A stretch of DNA of 63,656 nucleotides, the filler included. It is 4 parts of 4 records of this genome, joined end to end, with 100 filler letters (N's around TTAATTAATTAA, not from the genome) between each part and the next. Parts side by side here need not be neighbours in the genome. Positions count along the whole stretch, not along the records: positions 10,079 to 26,423 come from SRR9188677_154; 3 more parts are not named here. One strand, 5' to 3'. The position numbers were made by a program, and so were the translations under genes. Below, piece after piece: positions 10,494 to 21,542 of the stretch (position 1 is its first letter; each line of letters begins with the position of its first letter). Under the pieces are notes generated by a model. It did no database searches, was not told the origin of the DNA, and worked only from the letters and a program-made list of their open reading frames with translations.

Positions 10494-10565
10494 TGGCCCC
10501 GGAAGGAATCGAACCTTCATCTTAGGTACCGGAAACCTACATTCTATCCATTGAACTACGGAGCC
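10494..10565 (-). tRNA. tRNA-Arg(CCG)
   Basis: Cloverleaf with GGCTCCG/CGGGGCC acceptor, anticodon loop TT-CCG-GT and T-loop TTCGATT; CCA not encoded. Confidence 0.95.
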
Positions 10566-10588
10566 AAGAGCCTTAACTTGGATGGGCG

Positions 10589-10596
10589 CAAAATTA
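10589..10596 (-). promoter_or_regulatory. Bacteroidota -7 promoter element for tRNA-Arg
   Basis: TAATTTTG matches TAnnTTTG about 24 nt upstream of the tRNA and overlaps the RluA stop codon. Confidence 0.55.
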
Positions 10597-11313
10597 CGAA
10601 AACTTCTCTAACTGCTTTACCAAAACCTCAAAATCTTTAGGATATGGCGCTTCTACTGCGATAACCTCTTCATTCAATAATTTAAATGTTAAAGAACGAG
10701 AGTGAAGTGCTACTCTTTTCATCAAAGGCAATTCGTCGGTATCTTTTTTCAGATTGAATTTTCTTTTTAAATCAGATAAGTAAATAAACTCTCCGCCATA
10801 CGTTGGGTCACAAACAATTGGTGCTTTCAAACACACCAAGTGAATCCTAATTTGGTGCATTCTGCCCGTTATAGGCATACATTCTACCAAAGTGTGGTTA
10901 CGATATACTTTAATCGTATTGAAGATTGTTTCAGCCTCTTTTCCCTTCTGCCGGTCAATCATTACTTGTGTTCCATCTCTTTTCTGAGCGATGGGCAAAT
11001 AGACTGAAATCATTTCAAAATCATGTGCCCCATTTACTACAGCATGATAGCGTTTTTCTACCTGACGGTGCTCGAATTGCATAGCCAAATGGCGATATGC
11101 TGCTGGATTTTTGGCAATTGCTAATGCCCCAGAAGTTTCTTTATCCAAACGGTGAGCCAACTGGGCATCATCTGAATACTCTTTTGCCATTCGCAAAATA
11201 CTCTGCGAATTATCAGCCTGACGTTCGTCTAATGAAGCAATGTATGGTGGTTTGTTGATAACAATATAATCGTCGTTCTCAAATATAATTAAGTCCTTGA
11301 AATTCAGTCGCAT
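10594..11313 (-). CDS. RluA-family pseudouridine synthase
   Basis: INKP, HRLDKETSG catalytic motif, TGRMHQIRIH and ALHS; start at MRLNFKD. Confidence 0.92.
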   Translation of the reverse strand: MRLNFKDLIIFENDDYIVINKPPYIASLDERQADNSQSILRMAKEYSDDAQLAHRLDKETSGALAIAKNPAAYRHLAMQFEHRQVEKRYHAVVNGAHDFEMISVYLPIAQKRDGTQVMIDRQKGKEAETIFNTIKVYRNHTLVECMPITGRMHQIRIHLVCLKAPIVCDPTYGGEFIYLSDLKRKFNLKKDTDELPLMKRVALHSRSLTFKLLNEEVIAVEAPYPKDFEVLVKQLEKFS

Positions 11314-11366
11314 GGTAATCTTTTTGTCTTTAAGCCTGCAATTTACCAAAATAGTTTCACATTAGC

Positions 11367-12251
11367 TTATTCATTTTGTTGCTCGATTACCTTGATGAGT
11401 TGTAGCAAAGTAGCTTGGCGAGCCTCATCTGCTTCTGGATACTCCATCTCTAAAGCCTTGATATGGTGTAAAATAATACTGCTGACAATCAATCGCATAT
11501 TCTTTTTATCGTCTGCTGGCACAACATACCACGGAGCATGCTTGGCTGCGGTTTGATTCACCACCTCTTCATAAGCCTCTTGGTAATCATTCCAAAACTC
11601 ACGTTCTTTTACATCTCCCTCTTCAAATTTCCAGTTTTTAGTTGGGTCTTTTATGCGTTCAATCAAACGTTCCGCCTGTACTTTTTTTGATACATTCAGA
11701 AAGAATTTTAACACCACCGTACCATTTCTATTCAAATATTTTTCATAATTACGAATATCTTCATAACGATGCTCCCATACTTTATCTAAATCTTTGGTAA
11801 ATTCTATAGGAAGTTTTTCACTTTTTAATAAAATCTCGGGATGTACTTTTACCACCAATAGCTCTTCATAATACGAACGATTATGAAAAACCATTTTCCC
11901 CCTTTCAGGCATTTTTACCATATTTCGCCACATGAAATCATGGTCTAATTCCTCTTGAGTTGGTCTTTTAAAACTATGCACTGAAATCCCTGCTGGATTA
12001 ATGCCAGAAAGTACAGCTCGCACCGTTCCATCTTTCCCCGCCGCATCCGAAGCCTGAAAAATCATCAACATTGCATAACGGTTATCAGCATACATCAAAC
12101 TTTGGCGTTTATCAATTACTTCTTTAATCTCCGCCATCATCAGCTCATACTCCTCAGCTGATTCATAAAAATCTTTAACTTTAGTATCCGAGTTTTTGAT
12201 TTTAAACTTCTTTTCGCCGTTGTATTCAAAATCCTTGATGTCTATTTTCAT
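11367..12251 (-). CDS. ppk2: Polyphosphate kinase 2 family (polyphosphate:nucleotide phosphotransferase)
   Basis: QASDAAGKDG P-loop, SFKRPT.EELDHDF.WR, NRSYYE and APWYVVPADDK; likely start MKIDIKDF at 12251. Confidence 0.9.
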   Translation of the reverse strand: MKIDIKDFEYNGEKKFKIKNSDTKVKDFYESAEEYELMMAEIKEVIDKRQSLMYADNRYAMLMIFQASDAAGKDGTVRAVLSGINPAGISVHSFKRPTQEELDHDFMWRNMVKMPERGKMVFHNRSYYEELLVVKVHPEILLKSEKLPIEFTKDLDKVWEHRYEDIRNYEKYLNRNGTVVLKFFLNVSKKVQAERLIERIKDPTKNWKFEEGDVKEREFWNDYQEAYEEVVNQTAAKHAPWYVVPADDKKNMRLIVSSIILHHIKALEMEYPEADEARQATLLQLIKVIEQQNE

Positions 12252-12287
12252 GATTGTTTTTGGGGAGAGAGTTAATATTTTGCTTTC

Positions 12288-12314
12288 GCCGTGGGTTGTG
12301 TCTTCACAGCCTAC
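12288..12314 (-). repeat. REP-like palindrome (left copy)
   Basis: Minus strand reads GTAGGCTGTG-AAGA-CACAACCCACGGC; 25/27 identical to the inverted copy at 12632-12658. Confidence 0.75.
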
Positions 12315-12340
12315 CACCACACAAACGACAGCAATGTTTT

Positions 12341-12625
12341 TCAAACAGGATAAACTATACAATAAATGTCTTCAATATCTTTAAAGTTTATTCTATTCTC
12401 ACTTTTCAATTCATCTAAACATTCATAAAAGAGTTCTTCGTTTTTATAGAAATCATTGCTTACATATTGGAGAGATTCATATAAAATTCCAATTGTAACT
12501 TTTTTATAGTTTACTAATAGCCTGTCAATGATGGCATCTTTCATTTTCTTTTTTATAAGTATAGCTCTATCGTTGAACATATTTATTAAAATTATTTTAC
12601 AATTAATGTCAGTTTCACTACTCAT
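12341..12625 (-). CDS. Small AT-rich hypothetical protein between the REP-like repeats
   Basis: 94-aa ORF from ATG 12625 (later starts are possible); no family recognised. Confidence 0.55.
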   Translation of the reverse strand: MSSETDINCKIILINMFNDRAILIKKKMKDAIIDRLLVNYKKVTIGILYESLQYVSNDFYKNEELFYECLDELKSENRINFKDIEDIYCIVYPV

Positions 12626-12631
12626 AAAACT

Positions 12632-12658
12632 GTGGGCTGTGAAGACACAGCCCACGGC
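12632..12658 (+). repeat. REP-like palindrome (right copy)
   Basis: GTGGGCTGTG-AAGA-CACAGCCCAC forms a perfect 10-bp hairpin, followed by GGC. Confidence 0.75.
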
Positions 12659-12682
12659 AAAGATTTAAACTCACCTCCCAGC

Positions 12683-15520
12683 TTAAGCCAATTCTTCTTT
12701 CAAAAATCTAGCCGTATGGCTTCCTTTTACTTTGGCTACTTGTTCGGGTGTACCTTCGGCAATGATTTGACCACCTTTTTGTCCACCTTCTGGACCAACG
12801 TCTATGATATGGTCTGATACTTTTATTACATCTAAATTATGTTCGATAATCAACACAGTATTGCCTTTATCTGCCAAACGGTCGAGTACTTCCATTAAAG
12901 CCTTAATATCTTGAAAATGTAAACCCGTAGTAGGCTCATCCAAAATATACATGGTTTTGCCTGTATCTCTTTTTGAAAGTTCTTCGGCTAGTTTTACTCT
13001 TTGTGCTTCTCCTCCCGAAAGTGTTGTCGCTTGCTGACCAATCGTAATATATCCCAAACCTACTTCTTTCAACATTTGCACTTTCCTCGCAATTTTTGGC
13101 TGATTTTCAAAGTATTCTACGGCTTGCTCTACGGTCATGTCCAATACGTCCGCAATAGATTTTCCTTTGAAACGTACTTCTAAAGTCTCACGATTGAAAC
13201 GTTTTCCTTTACACGTTTCGCAGGCTACATGAACGTCTGGCAAAAATTCCATTTCTATTTTCTTCATGCCCGCTCCTTCGCAATCTTCGCAACGTCCGCC
13301 TTTAACGTTAAAACTAAAACGTCCAGCTTTGTAGCCTCTGATTTTTGATTCAGGTAGTTCAGCAAAAAGTGTACGAATGTCCGTAAACATTCCTGTATAA
13401 GTAGCAGGATTTGAACGTGGCGTTCTACCAATTGGTGACTGGTCAACTTCAATTACTTTATCCAAATGCTCTAAACCTTCTACCGATTTATGCGGCATTG
13501 GCTCACGTTTAGCATTGAAAAAATGACGATTCAAAATCGGGTACATGGTATCGTGAATCAAAGAAGATTTCCCCGAACCACTTACGCCTGTTACCGAAAT
13601 CATTTTTCCAAGCGGTAATTTCAGCGTGACATTTTTTAAATTATTTCCTGTTGCTCCTTTGATAATCAAGAAATTACCATTGCCTTTTCTGCGTTGCTTA
13701 GGTACTTCTATCCCAATTTCTCCGCTCAGGAATTTAGCCGTTGTTGAATTATTCTTTAAGAATTCTTCGGGCGTTCCTTGTCCAACAATCGAACCGCCAT
13801 GACGACCCGCTCCTGGTCCAATATCCACCACATAATCAGAAGCCAACATCATGTCTTTATCGTGTTCAACTACTAAAATTGAATTGCCTAAATCTCGTAA
13901 ATCTTTCAAGGCTTGAATCAATTTTACGTTGTCTCGCTGATGCAAACCAATACTTGGCTCGTCCATGATGTACAAAACGTTGGTCAACTGCGTACCAATT
14001 TGCGTTGCTAAACGAATACGTTGTGCTTCGCCACCCGACAATGTTCTTAGTGAGCGATTGAGCGTTAAATACTCCAATCCAATACCCGTTAGGAAGCCAA
14101 TTCTTTTTCTGATTTCCTTCAAAATCTCTTTCGCAATTACATTTTGGCGTTCGTTCATGCGGTCTTCTAAACCTACAAACCATTCCGCCAATTCAGCGAT
14201 GTCTAATTCTGCTAATTGGGCAATGTTTTTTTTATCAATCTTGAAATGAAGAGATTCTTTTTTCAAACGTAATCCTTTACAATCTGGACAAGTATTCACG
14301 ACCATAAAGTCTTTCAACCACTCTTGAATTTTCTCTGAACCTGTTTCTTGCTGACGTTTCAAGAAAACAATAATGCCTTCGTACTTGGTATTCCAATCTG
14401 TTCCTTCGTATTTTTTTGAAGGAACTGGCACGGGTTCATCTGTGCCATACAACATAATTTTGATGGCTTCTTCTGGAAATTTCTCCAAGGGAGTCGTCAA
14501 ATTTACTTTGTATGGTTTCAATAATACTTCTAATTGCTTGAAAATCCACATATCTCGGTACTCGCCCAAAGGTGCAATTGCTCCTTTGCTGATACTGAGT
14601 GTTTTATCGGGCAAAATAGATTCTTCTGTAATTTCTTCCACCTTTCCTAAACCTTGGCAACTCGGACACCAGCCATAAGGCGAGTTAAACGAGAAATTAT
14701 TCGGCGAAGGTTCGTCGTAAGAAATTCCTGAAATTGGGTCCATCAAGTACTTTGAAAAATTACGTACTTCTCCTTTTTCATCACGAGTCATCATCAAACC
14801 TTTTCCTTGATTCAAGGCTGTTTGAACGGATTGAGATAAACGAAAACGTTCTTCGGTTTTTACGATAATTCTATCAACAACAATTTCAATATCGTGAATT
14901 TTAAAACGGTCGAGTTGCATTTTGGGCTGAATGTCCATCACTACACCATCGACTCTAACCTTGGTATAACCCAATTTAGCAATTTGCACGAAGAGTTCAC
15001 GGTAATGTCCTTTTCTACCTTTTACGACTGGAGCCAAAAGAATCAATTTCTGATTTTGATAATCTTGCAAGATTACTTCAATGATTTGGTCGATAGACTG
15101 CTTTATCATTCTTTCGCCCGTTACGTAGCTAAAAGCCTCCGCCGCACGAGCAAACAATAAACGCATGAAATCGTAAATTTCCGTAACCGTACCAACCGTT
15201 GAGCGAGGGTTTTTAGAAGTAGTTTTTTGTTCAATAGAAATTACAGGCGAAAGTCCATTGATTTTATCCACATCGGGGCGTTCCATATTACCCAAAAAGC
15301 TACGAGCATAAGCCGAAAAGCTTTCCATATAACGACGCTGCCCTTCGGCATAAATGGTATCGAAAGCCAAAGAAGACTTTCCAGAGCCAGAAATTCCAGT
15401 GAAGACTACAAGTTTATTGCGAGGAATGATTAAATCAATATTTTTAAGGTTATGTTCTCTTGCACCGAGAATCTCAATTTGTTCGTAACCTGTAATATCA
15501 GATTTTGTATGATTGGGCAT
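12683..15520 (-). CDS. uvrA: Excinuclease ABC subunit A
   Basis: [32 protein letters not shown], two ABC modules with LSGGEAQR and Zn-finger CxxC pairs. Confidence 0.97.
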   Translation of the reverse strand: MPNHTKSDITGYEQIEILGAREHNLKNIDLIIPRNKLVVFTGISGSGKSSLAFDTIYAEGQRRYMESFSAYARSFLGNMERPDVDKINGLSPVISIEQKTTSKNPRSTVGTVTEIYDFMRLLFARAAEAFSYVTGERMIKQSIDQIIEVILQDYQNQKLILLAPVVKGRKGHYRELFVQIAKLGYTKVRVDGVVMDIQPKMQLDRFKIHDIEIVVDRIIVKTEERFRLSQSVQTALNQGKGLMMTRDEKGEVRNFSKYLMDPISGISYDEPSPNNFSFNSPYGWCPSCQGLGKVEEITEESILPDKTLSISKGAIAPLGEYRDMWIFKQLEVLLKPYKVNLTTPLEKFPEEAIKIMLYGTDEPVPVPSKKYEGTDWNTKYEGIIVFLKRQQETGSEKIQEWLKDFMVVNTCPDCKGLRLKKESLHFKIDKKNIAQLAELDIAELAEWFVGLEDRMNERQNVIAKEILKEIRKRIGFLTGIGLEYLTLNRSLRTLSGGEAQRIRLATQIGTQLTNVLYIMDEPSIGLHQRDNVKLIQALKDLRDLGNSILVVEHDKDMMLASDYVVDIGPGAGRHGGSIVGQGTPEEFLKNNSTTAKFLSGEIGIEVPKQRRKGNGNFLIIKGATGNNLKNVTLKLPLGKMISVTGVSGSGKSSLIHDTMYPILNRHFFNAKREPMPHKSVEGLEHLDKVIEVDQSPIGRTPRSNPATYTGMFTDIRTLFAELPESKIRGYKAGRFSFNVKGGRCEDCEGAGMKKIEMEFLPDVHVACETCKGKRFNRETLEVRFKGKSIADVLDMTVEQAVEYFENQPKIARKVQMLKEVGLGYITIGQQATTLSGGEAQRVKLAEELSKRDTGKTMYILDEPTTGLHFQDIKALMEVLDRLADKGNTVLIIEHNLDVIKVSDHIIDVGPEGGQKGGQIIAEGTPEQVAKVKGSHTARFLKEELA

Positions 15521-15701
15521 GGATAAATTTCAAGTTTGTGAATAAGCAAATGAAACAGTCTTCATTTTAACAACAAAGTATCTTATAAAGTTACCAAAAA
15601 AGACCGCTATTCAATAAAGATTATTGCTTGGTTTTATGAATAAAAGAAGAATTAGTTATGGCAGATTATTATCAAAACTACAATTTTAAAGAGATGTCCA
15701 G

Positions 15702-16982
15702 CTATTCTGTATCTACATTATTTTTCACCAAAACCTTATCCAACTTAGCACCATCCATGTCGATGATTTCAAAAATCAAGTTTTGCCAAACGATGGTATC
15801 GCCTTGCTGTGGGATTTGTCCAAGCTCATTCAAAAGTAAGCCTGCTAAAGTATTAAAAGGATATTCGCTGATATATTCGCTCAGCTCAAAATATTGAAGA
15901 AAATCAGCTAAAGGATATTGTCCATCGACTAACCAAGTACCATCTGCACGCTGGTCGAGGCGATAACCTTCGTGGTCGAAATCTGAAACATTTCCTACCA
16001 AAGCTTCCAGCAAATCATTCAGCGTAACAATTCCTTGCGTTTGTCCGTATTCGTCAATCACGATGCCGTAATGAACTCTACTATCTTTAAAACGTTGCAA
16101 AGCCTGATAAGCCGAAGCTGTTTCCATGATAAACTGTGGCGCTTGTAAGTACGATTGTAAATTAAAATCTGCCTGACTAAGTGGCAAAAACAAGTCTTTC
16201 AGTCTAGCAATGCCAATAATATGGTCTTTGTCTTTATCATAAACAGGATAAAGTGAATGCAGTTCTTCGCTAATTACTTCAACAATTTTCTCGACAGAAT
16301 AGGATGCTTTAATAAAAACCAAATCATTGCGATGCGTCATCAAAGACGAAACTTTTCTATCGCCCAAGCTAAAAACTCTGCCTACAATATCTTGTTCTAT
16401 TTCATGTACTTCACCGCTATCTGCCCCTTCTTGAACAATCGCTTTAATCTCTTCTTCAGTTACTTTACTATCGGTAGAAGGCTTGATATTCAGAATTTTA
16501 ATCAGTAAATCAGAAGAAAAAGTAAGCAACCATACAAAAGGAGAAGTTAGTGTAGATAACATATTCATCGGACGAGCAACGGCTTTGGCGATAAATTCTG
16601 GATTGGTTAATCCGATTCTTTTCGGCACTAATTCACCAAAAACTAAAGAAAAATAAGTAATTAACAACACCACAATCGCAACTGCGATGCTATGCTGATA
16701 AGGTACAAGTAAAGCAAAACGAGCCACAAAAGCTTCAATATCATTAGTTACTTTTTCGCCACTGTAAATACCTGTTAAAATACCAATTAAAGTAATGCCG
16801 ATTTGAACAGTAGAAAAAAACTTATTAGGGTCGTTGGCAATTTCTAAAGCGATTTTCGCATTGTTATCTCCTTTTTTGGCAGAAGCATCCAAGCGAGCTT
16901 TTCGTGAGGAAACCAATGCTATTTCGGACATCGAAAAAATACCATTGATTAATATTAAAACAAATATGATGAAGAGTTCCAT
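15702..16982 (-). CDS. Hemolysin-family / CNNM-CBS-CorC domain protein
   Basis: NGIFSMSEIALVS, STVQIGIT, GELVPK, CBS pair (VIDEYG...DLLEALVG) and a CorC C-domain. Confidence 0.9.
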   Translation of the reverse strand: MELFIIFVLILINGIFSMSEIALVSSRKARLDASAKKGDNNAKIALEIANDPNKFFSTVQIGITLIGILTGIYSGEKVTNDIEAFVARFALLVPYQHSIAVAIVVLLITYFSLVFGELVPKRIGLTNPEFIAKAVARPMNMLSTLTSPFVWLLTFSSDLLIKILNIKPSTDSKVTEEEIKAIVQEGADSGEVHEIEQDIVGRVFSLGDRKVSSLMTHRNDLVFIKASYSVEKIVEVISEELHSLYPVYDKDKDHIIGIARLKDLFLPLSQADFNLQSYLQAPQFIMETASAYQALQRFKDSRVHYGIVIDEYGQTQGIVTLNDLLEALVGNVSDFDHEGYRLDQRADGTWLVDGQYPLADFLQYFELSEYISEYPFNTLAGLLLNELGQIPQQGDTIVWQNLIFEIIDMDGAKLDKVLVKNNVDTE

Positions 16983-17176
16983 AATTTGGGAAAGTAGGCT
17001 CAAGGCATGTCCCTCAAGACTACCTGTGGTATATATCTTTTAAAGTTAAAGATTAAAAGACAAATTTATATGGAATGTGGTAAATATTGGTTGATATTTG
17101 GGTTGAAGTATTTTTAGTAGCGCAAGTTTCCAAATATTGGTACTTCATCAAATTTAGAGCTTCTCTTGTGAAAATA

Positions 17177-18508
17177 TTAAAATGCCAATCTAAAAATAGT
17201 CCCCTGCCCTTCTATTGAATTGACTGTAATGCTACCTTTATGCAATGCCATTATTTGTTTTGATAAACTTAAACCAATACCCGAACCATTGGTTTTTGAA
17301 GTAAAAAATGGCACAAAAATTTTATCCATCAATTCTGCCGACATACCGATACCATTGTCTTTTACTTCAATCACTACTTTTTCTTGCGAATTCAAATAGG
17401 CTCCGATTTGGATTTTTGGCTTTTCTGATTCTTTAACAGCATCCATCGCATTAATCATCAAATTAATGATTACTTGCTCTATTAAAGCCAAATCGCCTTC
17501 TATTTGTAAATCAAAATCTTTCAGGATTACATCAAATTCAATGTTTTTCTGTTCTATTTGATTTTCAAGTAAAATCTCTACACTTTCAAACAAATCTCGA
17601 ATATAAAAAGTAGAGAAAGAAGTAATAGAAACCTTTGCTAATTGTCGATAAGTATCGGCAAATTTCAACAAATTGGCACTTCGTTTCTTGATGGTTGAAA
17701 CACCCAGAGTAATGTCTTCTAATAATTGTTTATTGGCTGGATTTGGATTTTCACCACTTTTCAATCGTCCTTCCATCGTTTCTGCCAAAGAGGCAATCGG
17801 TGCAACAGAATTCATAATTTCGTGTGTCATTACTCTCAATAATTTCTGATAGGCTTGCGCTTCGGTATCTTCAATGGCTTCATTTACGTTTTGGAAGGCG
17901 ATTAGATGTGTTAATTTTCCTTCGTTCATAAAAGTAGTTTTGGCTAACAAAACCTGTTTATGGTCTATTTTCACCAATTGATTTTCTCCGCTTTTTAAAG
18001 AAACAATTGCCTGAAAAACAAAAAGATTCCGTTTTTCTAAAGAAGAAATATTTCTTAAATAAGGAATACTTAACATCTTTTTAAAAGCCTCGTTCATCCA
18101 GCCTACTTCTCCGTTTTGGTCATAAGAGAGTATTCCAGTATCCACCAGTTCTAATATTTTTTGAAGGTATTGATATTGTTCTTCTCGCTCAGAAGAAAGT
18201 TGTTTGAAAGTACCATTGATTTGGTTGAAAGCTCTTCGCAATTGCCGAACTGAAACAGGTGCATTTTTTTCGGCAAATTGTAAGGAGAAATCTCTGTATT
18301 GAACCGCTTCAATAAATTGAGTAAGTTCGGTATTGGTTTTATTGATGAATTGAACAAAACTCAAAATCTGAAAAAACAGCACCAATCCGATAAAAAAGAG
18401 TAAAGTAAACTTATCGTTTACGATACAAAAAGCCGCCAAAGTAATACTTCCCAAAAGTAAAAGTACCCTTAGCGTCAGACTGACTTCATAGCGATTGAGT
18501 TTGAACAT
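17177..18508 (-). CDS. Membrane sensor histidine kinase (NtrY-like Bacteroidota type)
   Basis: Two TMs, THEIMNS H-box, NLMINA, DNGIG and GSGIGL; start uncertain (18508 or 18583). Confidence 0.9.
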   Translation of the reverse strand: MFKLNRYEVSLTLRVLLLLGSITLAAFCIVNDKFTLLFFIGLVLFFQILSFVQFINKTNTELTQFIEAVQYRDFSLQFAEKNAPVSVRQLRRAFNQINGTFKQLSSEREEQYQYLQKILELVDTGILSYDQNGEVGWMNEAFKKMLSIPYLRNISSLEKRNLFVFQAIVSLKSGENQLVKIDHKQVLLAKTTFMNEGKLTHLIAFQNVNEAIEDTEAQAYQKLLRVMTHEIMNSVAPIASLAETMEGRLKSGENPNPANKQLLEDITLGVSTIKKRSANLLKFADTYRQLAKVSITSFSTFYIRDLFESVEILLENQIEQKNIEFDVILKDFDLQIEGDLALIEQVIINLMINAMDAVKESEKPKIQIGAYLNSQEKVVIEVKDNGIGMSAELMDKIFVPFFTSKTNGSGIGLSLSKQIMALHKGSITVNSIEGQGTIFRLAF

Positions 18509-18585
18509 AAACGTTTTATTTAATAGTCTTGCGACTTGAAAAATGAGTTTTTGAAAATGTAAAGCTAACAACTCATCACTCAAAT

Positions 18586-19953
18586 CTAAATATCATACTT
18601 CCCTAAACGTCTATACAAAGCGGTGCGGGTTAAACCTAATTCACGAGCGGCTTTAGTGATGTTCCCGTCGTGTCTTTCGATGGCTTTCAGAATGGTTGAT
18701 TTTTCCATTTCATCAATCCGTAAAGTATTAGGCTCATTACTCATGGCAATAGGATTTTCGATGGAAGAACTTAAATCCAAGTCACGAGCCGTTAATATTT
18801 GTTCATCCGACATAATTACGGCTCTTTCGATAGCATGTTGCAATTCACGGATATTACCTGGAAAAGCATATTTACGCAATTTATCTTTGGCTTTATCATC
18901 AATCTCACGAAGATTTTTGTGGTATTGCTGTGCATAAGTCTTTGTAAAATACTCTGCCAATAAAACAACATCATCACCACGACTACGAAGTGGTGGCAAA
19001 GTTATTTCAATGGTATTTAGTCGATAAATTAAATCTTTGCGATACTGATTTTGTGCCGACATTTCTTTGATTGGTGCATTTGTCGCAGAAATTAAACGAA
19101 TATCAATTGCTACTGGTGCATTTGTTCCCAAACGAGTTACTTCTCTATTCTGTAAAACAGTCAATAATTTTGCTTGTTGTGGCAAAGAAATATTTCCGAT
19201 TTCATCCAAAAATAAAGTGCCTTTATTGGCTGATTCAAAACGACCAGCACGGTCTTCACGAGCATCTGTAAAAGCGCCCTTTTTATGTCCGAACAATTCA
19301 GATTCAAATAAACTTTCCGTTAAAGAACCTAAATCTGCATGCACAAAAGGTTTTCCTGCTCTCATTGATTTCTGATGAATCAATTTTGCAACTTCCCCTT
19401 TTCCTGTTCCGTTTTCTCCCAAAATCAAAATATTGGCATCGGTGGGAGCAATCTTTTCGATTTTATAGAAAATATCTTGCATAGCTTCGCTTTTACCAAG
19501 CAAAGAATTGATAATGGTCGGAGCCGCACTTTTTTTATTTTTATTTGAGATAGGATTTTCTAAAGCAGATTTTTCAAGAGCTTCTTCAATAGTGACTAAT
19601 AATTTTTCATTTCGCCAAGGTTTCAATACAAAATCCGTTGCTCCTTCTTTCACCGAACGTACTGCCAAATCAATATCTCCATAAGCGGTAATCATAATTA
19701 CGGCCACAGATTTATTGATTTCTCTGATTTTTCTCAACCAAAAAATGCCTTCATTTCCTGTATTCAATGAACTTTTGTAGTTCATATCCAGCAAAATCAA
19801 ATCGAATTGAGTTTGAGCCAATAATGATTGAATGCGTTCAGGATTTTTTTCGGTAACGATTTCTTTTACTTCAGGACGAAGTAACATTTTCACAGCAACC
19901 AGTACGTCTGGGTCATCATCGATAGCAAGTATTTTGGCGTTTTTTAGAGACAT
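18586..19953 (-). CDS. Sigma-54-dependent (NtrC-family) response regulator
   Basis: REC + AAA+ (GENGTGK, ESELFG, GAFTDA, LDEI) + Fis HTH. Confidence 0.93.
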   Translation of the reverse strand: MSLKNAKILAIDDDPDVLVAVKMLLRPEVKEIVTEKNPERIQSLLAQTQFDLILLDMNYKSSLNTGNEGIFWLRKIREINKSVAVIMITAYGDIDLAVRSVKEGATDFVLKPWRNEKLLVTIEEALEKSALENPISNKNKKSAAPTIINSLLGKSEAMQDIFYKIEKIAPTDANILILGENGTGKGEVAKLIHQKSMRAGKPFVHADLGSLTESLFESELFGHKKGAFTDAREDRAGRFESANKGTLFLDEIGNISLPQQAKLLTVLQNREVTRLGTNAPVAIDIRLISATNAPIKEMSAQNQYRKDLIYRLNTIEITLPPLRSRGDDVVLLAEYFTKTYAQQYHKNLREIDDKAKDKLRKYAFPGNIRELQHAIERAVIMSDEQILTARDLDLSSSIENPIAMSNEPNTLRIDEMEKSTILKAIERHDGNITKAARELGLTRTALYRRLGKYDI

Positions 19954-19960
19954 GTTAGAG

Positions 19961-20085
19961 ATTTAAGCTATGAGTGTTGAGCTGTAAGCCTTTTTTAAAC
20001 AGAATTGAGCATCGTTTATAAACTTATTCAACATTAAAAAGTTCAAAAACTGAAAGCTCAAAGCTCATGGCTGAAAGCTGACAGC
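19961..20085. repeat. Inverted pair of heptamer-repeat tracts
   Basis: ATTTAAG-CTATGAG-TGTTGAG-CTGTAAG (19961-19988) and CTGAAAG-CTCAAAG-CTCATGG-CTGAAAG-CTGACAG (20050-20084). Confidence 0.6.
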
Positions 20086-20128
20086 TTTTTCAAAGATACA
20101 ATTTTACCAACAAAGGTTGCATGAGATT

Positions 20129-21328
20129 TTACTTCAAAGTTTTTAAATACAAAAAGCCTGCTGTTGATAATACACAAAAACTTCCCATTACGTACCATAA
20201 AGTAGTAAAACCAAAGTGTTCCGCCAATTGTGAGCCAATAGTTGGCGATGAAATTTGAGCAAAAGAATAACACATGGTGTACATCGCAATGTATTGTCCA
20301 CGGTTAGATTCATCCGAACGTTCTATCGAAAAACTTTGCATAAATGGCATCGCAAACATTTCTCCTATGGTATTTAAAATGATGGAAATCCAGAGTATTC
20401 CTACAAAGAAATAGGTATTAAAAACCCAAAAAGATAAAGCCGTCAAGGCTGTTCCAATCGCAATCAGGTTTGTTTTCAAGAATTTCCCATCTAATTGATG
20501 TACCAAAATCATTTCTATAAAAGCAATCATCAAACCATTACAAACCATCAACAAACCAATTTGCGATTCGGGCAAATGATACACCGTTCGGAAATACAGC
20601 GGTTCTAAACTGAATAATTGAAAAAATGAAATGGCGTATAGCGTAACACAAACGATAAAAAACCAATATACTTTATCTCGATAAGGCGAAAGAATCAATG
20701 GTTTTGCTAACTGAATTTCAGATTGATTATTACTTTTTTGAATAGGTACTTTTAGCAAAACTCTTAACAAAATAGCAGCTACAATACAAGTTATTCCATC
20801 TGCCCAAAAGAGTAAATCGTAATTGATTTCAGCAAGAATTCCACCCATTCCACCACCTATCGACCAACCTAAATTAATCGCCAAGCGATTCAAAGAAAAA
20901 GAACGAGTACGGTTTTCTGCTTCACTATAATACGCCAAAGCAGCCGCATTGGCTGGACGAAAACTATCTCCAAATAAAGTAAAAATGAATACTCCTGTAC
21001 AAATGGCATAAAAATTAGTGAGGTGCATTATCATCAATAACATCATTCCTGCGAACAGTAAACTAAAAAATTGGATGTAATAAAATCCTATTTTATCCGT
21101 CAGTTTTCCTCCTAAAAAAGTACCACATAATGCGCCTGTTCCATACACGCCCATCACAATACCTGCATCCGTTACACTAAAATGTAGTTTCTGGGTTAAG
21201 TAAAGCGACAAAAAGGGCAAAACCATTGTGCCACTTCTGTTGACAAACATTACACCAGAAAGTAACCATACAGATTTGGGTAATCCTAAGTAAGCATTTC
21301 TATATAATTGTATGGATTTGGCAAACAT
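20129..21328 (-). CDS. MFS transporter
   Basis: Multiple TM helices, motif A-like GGKLTDKIG and NLGWSIG. Confidence 0.9.
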   Translation of the reverse strand: MFAKSIQLYRNAYLGLPKSVWLLSGVMFVNRSGTMVLPFLSLYLTQKLHFSVTDAGIVMGVYGTGALCGTFLGGKLTDKIGFYYIQFFSLLFAGMMLLMIMHLTNFYAICTGVFIFTLFGDSFRPANAAALAYYSEAENRTRSFSLNRLAINLGWSIGGGMGGILAEINYDLLFWADGITCIVAAILLRVLLKVPIQKSNNQSEIQLAKPLILSPYRDKVYWFFIVCVTLYAISFFQLFSLEPLYFRTVYHLPESQIGLLMVCNGLMIAFIEMILVHQLDGKFLKTNLIAIGTALTALSFWVFNTYFFVGILWISIILNTIGEMFAMPFMQSFSIERSDESNRGQYIAMYTMCYSFAQISSPTIGSQLAEHFGFTTLWYVMGSFCVLSTAGFLYLKTLK

Positions 21329-21542
21329 TGTTTGTGTTGAAAGATTTAGAAGCTGAAGCTAAATTATTGGTGAATAAATTTATGTTCTTTGCAAGTATTC
21401 CTGTTTTAAGCGATAAAAAAAGTGTTGTTTGACAAAAAACAGAGAGAAATTATTTTTTTGTCAAACAAAAATATTAACTTATGTTCAGAATTAATAGAAA
21501 ATGGCCTTTAAACGCATTTCACCTTAGACAAGCCCAAAAACG

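Noticed and set aside
10494-10565. tRNA-anchored integrative element
   Set aside because: No integrase and no duplicated tRNA 3' end is visible; the contig ends about 400 nt downstream.
12252-12362. N-terminal extension of PPK2 in the ORF track
   Set aside because: It runs through the REP-like repeat and overlaps the neighbouring ORF; the true start is more likely 12251.
19259-19290. GAFTDA instead of GAFTGA in the NtrC-like regulator as a novel defect
   Set aside because: This variant is common in Bacteroidota enhancer-binding proteins.
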